Shown piece by piece: positions 9,968 to 18,103 of a stretch of 64,000 nucleotides of DNA. The notes under the pieces are model-generated. The model saw only the letters and a program-made list of their open reading frames with translations, did no database searches and was not told the origin of the DNA. The stretch is taken from the NCBI GenBank assembly GCA_044224715.1, contig JBGAJV010000014.1, positions 19,562 through 83,561 on the forward strand, read 5' to 3'. Position numbers and translations under genes: made by a program. Every line of letters begins with the position of its first letter. Positions within the stretch are counted from its first letter, which is position 1. This DNA is from Anaerolineales bacterium. GTDB taxonomy: Bacteria; Chloroflexota; Anaerolineae; Anaerolineales; UBA6663.

Positions 9968-10609
9968 ATGTCTGGAGAACTGATCACCGCAATTGCCGAG
10001 ATGAACGAGGAGGAGGCGCTGGCGTTGACACGCCAGCTGATCAAAGATGGCGCCACTCCGGTGGCGATCCTCGAGGATTGCAAGGTGGCCATGGAGGAGG
10101 TCGGTCGACGCTTCGAGAAGGGCGAGTACTTCATCCCTGAGTTGATCCTGGCGGGCGAGATGCTCAAGTCGATCTCGGAAGAGATCATGCCGCTTATGGC
10201 GCAGTCGACGGGCGTCGCGACGGGCGCCAAGGTGCTGCTTGGCACGGTCAAGGGCGACATCCACGACATCGGCAAGGACATCGTCAACTTCATGCTGGGT
10301 GTGAACGGCTTCCAGGTGAAGGATCTGGGCGTGGACATCGCGCCCGAGGATTTCGTCGCCGCGATCAAGGACTACAAGCCGGATGTCGTGGCGCTTTCGG
10401 GTTTCCTGACTCTGGCTTACACGTCGATGAAGGAGACGGTCGAGGCGATCGCGGCGGCCGGGCTGCGCGACGGAGTCAAGATCATGATCGGCGGCGGCAC
10501 CATGGACCAGCAGATCTGCGCGTATGCCGGGGCCGACGCCTTTGGCAAAGACGCGATGTCCGCGGTCGCGCTTGCCAAGCAATGGACGGGGGCCAACGGC
10601 AATGACTGA
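9968..10609 (+). CDS. Corrinoid (B12-binding) protein (CP-2)
   Basis: GDIHDIGKD DxHxxG motif. Same architecture as the other three corrinoid proteins in the window. Confidence 0.9.
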   Translation: MSGELITAIAEMNEEEALALTRQLIKDGATPVAILEDCKVAMEEVGRRFEKGEYFIPELILAGEMLKSISEEIMPLMAQSTGVATGAKVLLGTVKGDIHDIGKDIVNFMLGVNGFQVKDLGVDIAPEDFVAAIKDYKPDVVALSGFLTLAYTSMKETVEAIAAAGLRDGVKIMIGGGTMDQQICAYAGADAFGKDAMSAVALAKQWTGANGND

Positions 10610-11885
10610 GAATACCGCTGTGTCGGCGCTCGACGCCGGCAAGACTTCGCAGCAGTTGTTTGGCGAGCGCCTGGCTCGCCTGCAGACGGCGCTAAAGCTG
10701 GGCCAGCCGGATCGCATCCCGATCCAGCTCGGCTTCGGCTACATGCTTGCCGAAATGGGCGGGATCACGCGCCAGCAGTTGCATGAGGATGCCGCCAAGG
10801 AGCAGGAGCTGCTCGAGGCCGCGGCGCTGCGCTTCCAGCCAGATGCCGCGATGAGCGTGTTCAACAACCCGGCTTCCAGCCTGGCCATCGGCGGCGACCG
10901 GATGACCAAATTCCCGGGCCACGGCCTTCCGGCGGACGGTTCGTTCCAGTTCGTCGAGGGCGAGTACATGAAGGGCGAAGACTACGACGCCTTCCTGGCC
11001 GACCCCGGCGATTGGGCGATTCGCAAGTACTGGCCACGGGTCTTCCCGGGGATGGCCGGCTTCGCGGCGCTGCCGCCGCTGGGCATGGCGGCGTTCGGTC
11101 ATTACTTCCTCTATAACATCGGCTCGCTCAAGGCGCCGCCGATCGTCGAGGCGCTGCGCAACCTGGCCGCCGGCATCGAAGCCCAGGCCGTGGCCGACGC
11201 GCGTGCAGTGGCTTCGGTCGGGCGCATGGCCGAGCTCGGCTTTGCGCCGCCGACCTTTGTCGGCTCGCTGATTGAAGCGCCTTTCGACTTCATGTCGGAC
11301 ACGCTGCGCGGCATGCGCGGCATCATGCTCGACATCCACCGCCGACCCGAGAAACTGCTGGCCGCCATGGATCGTGTGCTGGGGTTCGAGCTCGAGTATG
11401 CGATCAACTGGAGCCGCGCGACCGGGATCAACGTCTGCTTCATCCCACTGCACCGCGGCTCGGACGGCTTCATGTCGATCCCGCAGTTCGAGAAGTTCTA
11501 CTGGCCGACCCTCAAAGCCATGCAGGAGGGCCTGGTCGCGGCCGGGATCCAGCCGTTCGTGTTCTATGAAGGCGTCTGGGATCAACGCCTGCATTATCTG
11601 GCGCAGCTGCCCAAGGGCAAGGTGGTCGGGCTGTTCCAGGCGAGCGACATCTTCAAGGTCAAGGAAGTCGTCGGCGACACGATGTGCATCGCGGGCGGCA
11701 TGCCCAATTCGCTGCTCCAGGCCGGCACGGCCGATGAGGTGCGTGAGTTCACGATCAAACTCTGTCGCGAGGTCGGCAAGGGCGGCGGCTTCATCATGAC
11801 GACCGGCATCGGCGAGATGGAGGGCTGCAAGCCTGAGCTCGTCGATGTCTGGGTCGATACGACCAAGGAATACGGCGTCTACTGA
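10602..11885 (+). CDS. URO-D-family (MtaA/CmuA-like fold) substrate:corrinoid methyltransferase, paralog 1
   Basis: ATG at 10602 overlaps the CP-2 stop. It shares the blocks APFDF..DTLRG.RGIMLD..RRP.K and IPLH[RK]G[SA]DGFMS..F.KFYWPTLK with the two paralogs downstream. Confidence 0.75.
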   Translation: MTENTAVSALDAGKTSQQLFGERLARLQTALKLGQPDRIPIQLGFGYMLAEMGGITRQQLHEDAAKEQELLEAAALRFQPDAAMSVFNNPASSLAIGGDRMTKFPGHGLPADGSFQFVEGEYMKGEDYDAFLADPGDWAIRKYWPRVFPGMAGFAALPPLGMAAFGHYFLYNIGSLKAPPIVEALRNLAAGIEAQAVADARAVASVGRMAELGFAPPTFVGSLIEAPFDFMSDTLRGMRGIMLDIHRRPEKLLAAMDRVLGFELEYAINWSRATGINVCFIPLHRGSDGFMSIPQFEKFYWPTLKAMQEGLVAAGIQPFVFYEGVWDQRLHYLAQLPKGKVVGLFQASDIFKVKEVVGDTMCIAGGMPNSLLQAGTADEVREFTIKLCREVGKGGGFIMTTGIGEMEGCKPELVDVWVDTTKEYGVY

Positions 11886-12013
11886 TCAGAGACGGCGGAT
11901 CGCTGACACCGGACCGCGTGTGAGGCACACCAGCATCCTCCTGGGCAGAACGGTGGGGCTGCTCGCTCTGTGGGACGCAGCCGGGCGCGCTTGACACGTT
12001 GTTCATTCGCTGG

Positions 12014-12076
12014 ACGAAATGAGGGGTGGCTCCGGCTCGGGGCGCAGCCCCGAGCCGGAGCCACCCCTCATTTCGT
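12014..12076. repeat. 63-nt perfect hairpin (30-bp stem, 3-nt loop) inserted in the operon leader
   Basis: acgaaatgaggggtggctccggctcggggc / gca / gccccgagccggagccacccctcatttcgt. It is absent from the paralogous leader at 14290-14300. Confidence 0.85.
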
Positions 12077-12128
12077 CTCTTTTCCCCGCCGAGGCGGGGC
12101 GGCAGCTTTCTCAAGGAGTACGACACCT

Positions 12129-12746
12129 ATGACTCAAGCACTTGTAACCGCGATCACGGAGATGCAGGAAGAGGAGGCGGTCGCGCTTGCGCAGCAGATG
12201 CTCGACAGCGGGGCGGCGCCGGCCGAGGTGCTCGACGCGTGCAAGCAGGCGATGGACGTGATCGGGCAGCGGTTCGAGAAGGGCGAGTGCTTTATCCCCG
12301 AGTTGATCCTGGCGGGCGAGATGCTGTCGCAGATCGCGGCGATCGTGAAGCCCAGGATCCAACAGGGGACGGGGGAGAAGAAGCTAGGGAAGGTGGTGTT
12401 CGGGACTGTGGCGGGCGACATCCACGACATCGCCAAGGACATCGTGGTGTTCATGCTCGACATCAACGGGTTTGAGGTGACGGATCTGGGCGTGGATGTG
12501 CCGGTGGAGAAGTTCGTGGAGGCTGTGAAGAGCACGGGCGCCAAGGTCGTGGGGCTGAGCGGGTTCCTGACGCTGGCGTACGACCCGATGAAGGCGACGA
12601 CGGCGGCGGTGAAGGCGGTTGACCCCGAGGTGAAGGTGATGATCGGGGGCGGACAGATCGACGAGCAGATCCGAGAGTACACGGGGGCAGACGCCTATGG
12701 CAAAGACGCCATGGCGGCCGTCGCGATCGCGAAAGGCTGGGCCTGA
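12129..12746 (+). CDS. Corrinoid (B12-binding) protein (CP-3)
   Basis: MTQALVTAITEMQEEE..., GDIHDIAKD motif, AAGGAG RBS upstream. The longer ORF from 11970 reads through the hairpin and is rejected. Confidence 0.9.
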   Translation: MTQALVTAITEMQEEEAVALAQQMLDSGAAPAEVLDACKQAMDVIGQRFEKGECFIPELILAGEMLSQIAAIVKPRIQQGTGEKKLGKVVFGTVAGDIHDIAKDIVVFMLDINGFEVTDLGVDVPVEKFVEAVKSTGAKVVGLSGFLTLAYDPMKATTAAVKAVDPEVKVMIGGGQIDEQIREYTGADAYGKDAMAAVAIAKGWA

Positions 12747-12749
12747 TCC

Positions 12750-14099
12750 ATGTTCACTCCTCCTGCTAACTGGAATAAGTTGACGCCGACCGAACGGCGT
12801 GAGGCCCGTTTTGCGGCCTGGATGTCGACCGAGGGCAAGCCGATGGCGACGCCGGAGGCGCTGGCGACGTACAAAGCCCACACGCAGCGGGTCAAGGACA
12901 TCGTCGATTTGAAGAAGCCGGATCGAGTTCCGCTTCTGCCCTTTATGGGCGCATTCTTCGCCATCACAGGCGGAATCACGCCGCATGACGTGATGTATGA
13001 CTACGCCAAGTACACGCAGGCCTGGCTGAAGTACAACCGCGACTTCCAGCCTGATTATCTGGTCTTCTCGGGTGCATTCAACCCCGGGCGCGTGTTCGAC
13101 CTGCTCGACTACAAGGTGTATCAGTGGCCGGGCCGCGTCATCGCCGAGACCCAGGCATTCCAGTGCCTCGAAACCGAATACATGCAGGCCGACGACTACG
13201 ACGCCTACATCGCGGATCCCGAGGGCTTCTATATGCGGACCTATATGCCGCGAGCCTTTGGCGCGCTCAACGGCTGGGCGGCCTTGCCATCGGTGTTCGC
13301 GACGATGGAGCTGCCCATGTTGCCGGCCTTCATGATCCCGGCTGGCCTACCGCATGTGATCCAGTCTTTCCAGGCCTTCATCGATGCCGCGAAGGCCGCC
13401 ATGGAATACGCGATTGCCTCCGGTCAGGCCGACGGCACGATCATGGCTGAGATGGGCCTGCCGGCTCTGCCGGGTGGGTTCACCAAGGCACCGTTCGATA
13501 TCCTCGGGGATACCCTGCGCGGAACGAAGGGCATCATGCTCGACATGTTCCGCCGCCCGGCCAAGTTGCTGGCGGCCCTGGAGCGGACGACACCAGTTGC
13601 CGCTCGGTTGGGTATCGAGACGGCCACCGGTCAGAACAATCCGTTCGTGTTCATCCCCCTGCATAAGGGCGCCGATGGCTTCATGTCCGATGCGGATTTC
13701 AAGAAGTTCTATTGGCCAACGCTCAAAGGCACTTTGCTGGGTCTGATCGAGGCCGGTCTGGTGCCGTTCCTGCTGGTTGAAGGCGGATACAACGAGCGCC
13801 TCGCGGTCATCGCGGAGTCGGGCCTGCCCGCAGGAAGCACCTATTGGTCGTTTGACAAGACCGATATGAAGAACGTCAAGAAACACTGGGGCGGGTGGGC
13901 TGCCTTCGGCGGGAACGTGGCCAACTCGATGCTGCACGCCGGCACGCCGCAACAGGTCGCCGACTGCGTCAAGGAGTTGATCGACACGGTCGGTCGTGAT
14001 GGCGGCTACGGCATGGCCGCTGGCGCCGTCGTCGATGAGGCGCGGCCCGAGAACCTGCACGCCATGTTCGAGACGACGAAATCGTACGGTGTGTATTGA
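12750..14099 (+). CDS. URO-D-family substrate:corrinoid methyltransferase, paralog 2
   Basis: Starts 3 nt after the CP-3 stop. N-terminal NWNKLTPTERR motif. Shares conserved blocks with paralogs 1 and 3. Confidence 0.75.
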   Translation: MFTPPANWNKLTPTERREARFAAWMSTEGKPMATPEALATYKAHTQRVKDIVDLKKPDRVPLLPFMGAFFAITGGITPHDVMYDYAKYTQAWLKYNRDFQPDYLVFSGAFNPGRVFDLLDYKVYQWPGRVIAETQAFQCLETEYMQADDYDAYIADPEGFYMRTYMPRAFGALNGWAALPSVFATMELPMLPAFMIPAGLPHVIQSFQAFIDAAKAAMEYAIASGQADGTIMAEMGLPALPGGFTKAPFDILGDTLRGTKGIMLDMFRRPAKLLAALERTTPVAARLGIETATGQNNPFVFIPLHKGADGFMSDADFKKFYWPTLKGTLLGLIEAGLVPFLLVEGGYNERLAVIAESGLPAGSTYWSFDKTDMKNVKKHWGGWAAFGGNVANSMLHAGTPQQVADCVKELIDTVGRDGGYGMAAGAVVDEARPENLHAMFETTKSYGVY

Positions 14100-14361
14100 C
14101 GCCAGACGGCTGATGGCTAACCACGGGCCGCAGACAGCCTACCGCTGCCTGCGGCCCCTGCCTGAGTGGCGCCGCTACGGTCCAGAAGGATCAAGGCTTG
14201 GCCGGCCTGGCGGCGCGGTCCGGCAGGCGCGCTTACCAGTCTCAAAGCCAAAGGTGTTGCGCACCGGCCCATGACGCCGGGCGCGCCACACACGTTGGGT
14301 CATTTCCCTTTTTTAGCCCCGTTGAGGCGGGGCGGCAGCTTTCTCAAGGAGCACTCGACTC

Positions 14362-14979
14362 ATGACACAGGCACTTATCGCAGCGATCACGGAGATGCAA
14401 GAAGACGAGGCGGTTGCGCTGGCGCAGCAGATGCTGGACAGCGGGGCGAGCCCGGCCGAGGTGCTCGACGCGTGCAAGCAGGCGATGGACGTGATCGGGC
14501 AGCGGTTCGAGAAGGGCGAGTGCTTTATCCCCGAGTTGATCCTGGCGGGCGAGATGCTGTCGCAGATCGCCAAGATCGTGCGGCCGCGGATGCAGCAAGG
14601 GGCGGCGGAGAAGAAGATCGGCAAGGTGGTGTTCGGGACGGTGGCTGGGGACATCCACGACATCGCCAAGGATATCGTGGTGTTCATGCTGGACATCAAC
14701 GGGTTCGAGGTGACGGACCTGGGCGTGGATGTGTCGGTGGAGAAGTTCGTCGAGGCGGTGAAGACGACCGGGGCGAAGATCGTCGGGCTGAGCGGGTTCC
14801 TGACGCTGGCGTACGACCCGATGAAGGCGACGACGGCGGCGGTGAAGGCGGTTGACCCCGAGGTGAAGGTGATGATCGGGGGCGGACAGATCGACGAGCA
14901 GATCCGAGAGTACACGGGGGCGGACGCCTACGGAAAGGACGCCATGGCGGCGGTCTCGATCGCGAAAGGCTGGGCCTGA
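14362..14979 (+). CDS. Corrinoid (B12-binding) protein (CP-4), close paralog of CP-3
   Basis: Differs from CP-3 at 14 of 205 residues by my count. Same leader and RBS (gaggcggggcggcagctttctcaaggag). Confidence 0.9.
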   Translation: MTQALIAAITEMQEDEAVALAQQMLDSGASPAEVLDACKQAMDVIGQRFEKGECFIPELILAGEMLSQIAKIVRPRMQQGAAEKKIGKVVFGTVAGDIHDIAKDIVVFMLDINGFEVTDLGVDVSVEKFVEAVKTTGAKIVGLSGFLTLAYDPMKATTAAVKAVDPEVKVMIGGGQIDEQIREYTGADAYGKDAMAAVSIAKGWA

Positions 14980-15198
14980 GTCTCGGCCGCGCCCGGTTCG
15001 AGGGGACGTGACTGACCGTTGCCGCGGCCAGGCGCTCGAATCCGGCTGGCCGACCGTGTTTCGGATCGGCGCGATCACGACGCTCGTGTCGTTCCCGATG
15101 ATCCTGACGATCCCTTAGGTCTCGATCGAAGCTGAAGAGGCGGAGGCGCCAAAAGCTGGTCGGGCCCTTGCATTCGCAACGCAATCAAGGAAAACGCG

Positions 15199-16545
15199 AT
15201 GTTACCGAACAATTGGAACAAACTCACGCCCACCGAGAAGCTGGATTTGCGTCTCGCGGGTTGGGCCGCGACCGAGGGCAAGCCGCTGGCCACTCCTGAA
15301 GCCGCTGCCAACTACAAGGAGCGCGTTCAGCGCTACATTGACGTCCTAAAGCTACGCGAGCCCGATCGCGTTCCGCGCACCCTCATCGTCGGCGACTACG
15401 CCGCGCACTACGTCGGCTGTACGCCCGGCGAGTACTTCTACGACTATCCCAAAGCGATCGAAGGGTTGATCAAGTTCAGCAAGGACTTTGACATCGAGTA
15501 CACCGTCGCCGGCAACTTCATGCCCGGCAAGGTCTACGATCGTCTCGGCTACAAGCTCTACCGCTGGCCGGGCGGCGCGCTCGCCCCGACCCAGGGCTTC
15601 CAGTTCGTCGAGGGCGAGTACATGATGGCCGACGAGTACGACGCGCTCATCGCCGACCCCGAAAACTACATCATGCATGTCTACACGCCGCGCGTGATGA
15701 GCGAGCTGACCGGGCTGAGCTTCATGCCCAGCTTCTTCGGGACCACCGAACTGCCGTTCGTGCCGTTCATGATGGTCGGCTACGCGCCGCCGCCGGTCCA
15801 GGCGACCTTGCAGGCTCTCATGGAGGCCACACAGGCCACGCTCGAGTGGTTCGGCGCCAACGCCCAGGTCGGAGCCGTGACCCTCGGCCAGATGGGCCTG
15901 CCCGGCACGATGGGCGGCTTCTCGAAGGCGCCGTTCGACTTCCTCGGCGACAGCCTGCGCGGCACACGCGCGATCATGATGGATCTCTTCCGCCGGCCCG
16001 ACAAGGTGGTCGCCGCGGTCGAGCGTCTTGTGCCCATGGCCGTCAACATGGCGGTCGGCGCAGCCAACGGCAGCGGGACACCGTTCGCGATGCTGCCGCT
16101 GCACAAGGGCGCCGACGGCTTCATGTCCGACGCCGATTTCAAGAAGTTCTATTGGCCGACGCTCAAGGCCACGATCCTGGGCATCGTCCAGGAAGGCGTA
16201 GTGCCGGTCATGTTCGTCGAGGGCGGCTATAACTCGCGCCTCGACGTCCTCGCCGAGTCGGATCTGCCTAAGGGCACAACCATGTGGATCTTCGACCAAT
16301 CCGACATGGCGGCGGTCAAGGCCAAGTTTGGGAGTTGGGCCTGCGTCGGCGGCAACGTCCCGGCGTCGCTTTTCAAGGCCGGCACGCCTCAGCAGATCAG
16401 CGACTACGTCAAACGCCTCATCGACGTGTGCGCCCCCGGCGGCGGCTTCTTCCTGTCGCCCGGCGCGGTGCTCGATCAGGCCAAGGCCGAGAACGTCCAC
16501 GAATACCTCAAGGTCGGCAAGGAACTCGGCGTCTATCGTCGTTGA
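15199..16545 (+). CDS. URO-D-family substrate:corrinoid methyltransferase, paralog 3
   Basis: N-terminal NWNKLTPTEK. Conserved APFDFLGDSLRG and LPLHKGADGFMSDADFKKFYWPTLK blocks. Confidence 0.75.
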   Translation: MLPNNWNKLTPTEKLDLRLAGWAATEGKPLATPEAAANYKERVQRYIDVLKLREPDRVPRTLIVGDYAAHYVGCTPGEYFYDYPKAIEGLIKFSKDFDIEYTVAGNFMPGKVYDRLGYKLYRWPGGALAPTQGFQFVEGEYMMADEYDALIADPENYIMHVYTPRVMSELTGLSFMPSFFGTTELPFVPFMMVGYAPPPVQATLQALMEATQATLEWFGANAQVGAVTLGQMGLPGTMGGFSKAPFDFLGDSLRGTRAIMMDLFRRPDKVVAAVERLVPMAVNMAVGAANGSGTPFAMLPLHKGADGFMSDADFKKFYWPTLKATILGIVQEGVVPVMFVEGGYNSRLDVLAESDLPKGTTMWIFDQSDMAAVKAKFGSWACVGGNVPASLFKAGTPQQISDYVKRLIDVCAPGGGFFLSPGAVLDQAKAENVHEYLKVGKELGVYRR

Positions 16546-16575
16546 GTCCTGCGCCGGATCGATCGCCGCTCAGCG

Positions 16576-16607
16576 AAGACGGGGCCCATGCGGGCCCCGT
16601 CTTTTTT
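16576..16607 (+). terminator. Rho-independent terminator of the methyltransferase operon
   Basis: 12-bp stem aagacggggccc / gggccccgtctt, 4-nt loop, followed by a T-run. Confidence 0.8.
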
Positions 16608-16783
16608 GTGTGGGCAATGATGCGCATGTGCCGGGCAAGCGAAGCACCTGTTCAACGCACGCCTCTTGCCACGACGTGCCACGAACAGGGGCCCTTAGTG
16701 CCGATTCGTGGTAAAGACTGACACCGTAAACAGACGCGATTGCCCTCAGGGCGCTGGCATCCAAATGCGAGAACGACGGCATT

Positions 16784-16848
16784 GGCCGCGAATGTCGCGA
16801 ATTTCGCGAAAGGGTTCTGCGATTCGACTATTTGCGTCATTCGCGGCC
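16784..16848. repeat. Sub-repeat-built palindromic element (CGCGAAT type)
   Basis: ggccgcgaatgtcgcgaatttcgcgaaaggg ... tgcgattcgactatttgcgtcattcgcggcc. Flanked by a 15-bp direct repeat agacgcgattgccct at 16732-16746 and 16870-16884. Confidence 0.75.
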
Positions 16849-16915
16849 AATCAAGTGAGTCGGGGAATAAGACGCGATTGCCCTGCCGAGGGACCGTGAA
16901 CGATAGAATCTCGAC

Positions 16916-17740
16916 GTGGCTCAGATGCTGCGGCGCGTCCTCCGGCTTGGCCTCGTGCTGGGTCTTTTGTCAGCTGACGGCTCGGCCTCGCCGGCGCAGC
17001 CGTCGGTCGCGCTTGCGCCGACCGCGGCGGTAACCGGCTCGGTGACCCTGCCCGTGATCCTCAACCGCCGCGGCTCCGTGGGCTTTCGCGCACTGGCCTT
17101 CTCGCGCACCCTTGGTTTCCGGCACGACTCCATCCCGGACGGCCTGTCGCTCCTGGCGACGCTCGGCGCCGCCCACGACTTCGCCGTCGACGCCACCGAG
17201 GACCCGACCGTCTTCAGCGATGCCGGGCTCGCGCCGTATCGCGTCGTGATCTTCCTCCTGACGACGGGGGACGTGCTCGCGGATGATCAGCAGGCCGCGC
17301 TAGAGCGTTTTGTGACGGGTGGCGGAGGGTTCGTCGGCATCCACTCCGCCTCGGACACCGAACACGGGTGGCCCTGGTATGGCGACCTCGTCGGCGCGCG
17401 GTTCGCAAACCATCCGCCGGGCACGGTCGCGGCCACGCTGCACGTCGAGACCCACGCACACCCCTCGACCGCGCACCTGGGCGATCTCTGGACCCGGACC
17501 GACGAATGGTACAACTTCGACCACAACCCGCGCCCCAACGTCACCGTGCTGCTCACCATCGATGAAACGACCTACACGGGCGGCACGATGGGCGCCGATC
17601 ACCCCATGAGTTGGATCCATACGATCGGCGCGGGACGGGTCTGGTACACGGCGCTTGGGCACACACGCGAGTCGTACGCCGAGCCGGCCTTCCAGACGCA
17701 CGTGCTCGGCGGCATCCAGTGGGTGGCCGGCACGCGCTGA
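16916..17740 (+). CDS. ThuA-domain protein (secreted)
   Basis: Blocks FVGIHSASDT, GARFANHPPG, DHPMSWIH and WYTALGHT are typical of ThuA-like class-I glutamine-amidotransferase-fold proteins. Signal-like N-terminus. GTG at 16916 or ATG at 16925. Confidence 0.75.
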   Translation: MAQMLRRVLRLGLVLGLLSADGSASPAQPSVALAPTAAVTGSVTLPVILNRRGSVGFRALAFSRTLGFRHDSIPDGLSLLATLGAAHDFAVDATEDPTVFSDAGLAPYRVVIFLLTTGDVLADDQQAALERFVTGGGGFVGIHSASDTEHGWPWYGDLVGARFANHPPGTVAATLHVETHAHPSTAHLGDLWTRTDEWYNFDHNPRPNVTVLLTIDETTYTGGTMGADHPMSWIHTIGAGRVWYTALGHTRESYAEPAFQTHVLGGIQWVAGTR

Positions 17741-17848
17741 CATCCTCGCCCTGACACCGGCCGCGTCCTCTGCCGGTCGCCGCGCCCGCTTTGGCCGTCA
17801 AGATGGTCATTTCATAGTTTCCTCACACCCCTGTGCCAGAGTGGGGGG

Positions 17849-18061
17849 GTGACCTCCGAACCCGGTTATGTCGCTTACCTGCTGCGACTGTGGCGCGTGC
17901 CCGATGGTCGTTGGCGCGCGTCCCTCGACGACCCGCACACCGGCGAACGGCTGGTGTTCGGGTCGTTGCCCCACCTGCAGCGCCACCTCGAACGCCTGAC
18001 CGCGGCCGACAACGACGACCCACGGCCGATAGGCCGCGACCCTGCCGACGCGCTCGAATAG
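17849..18061 (+). CDS. Small hypothetical protein (70 aa, YLLRLWR...WRASL..PHTGER motif)
   Basis: Intact ORF in an otherwise non-coding gap. I have seen this motif in small ORFs of several high-GC phyla. Function unknown. Confidence 0.45.
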   Translation: MTSEPGYVAYLLRLWRVPDGRWRASLDDPHTGERLVFGSLPHLQRHLERLTAADNDDPRPIGRDPADALE

Positions 18062-18103
18062 GGCGCGTATTTCTGTTCCTTCACCCATTCCAAAAGGACC
18101 CCT

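Noticed and set aside
11970-12128. N-terminal extension of the CP3 ORF (258-aa version)
   Set aside because: The extension reads through the 63-nt hairpin and lacks an RBS. The ATG at 12129 has AAGGAG upstream and matches the CP4 N-terminus.
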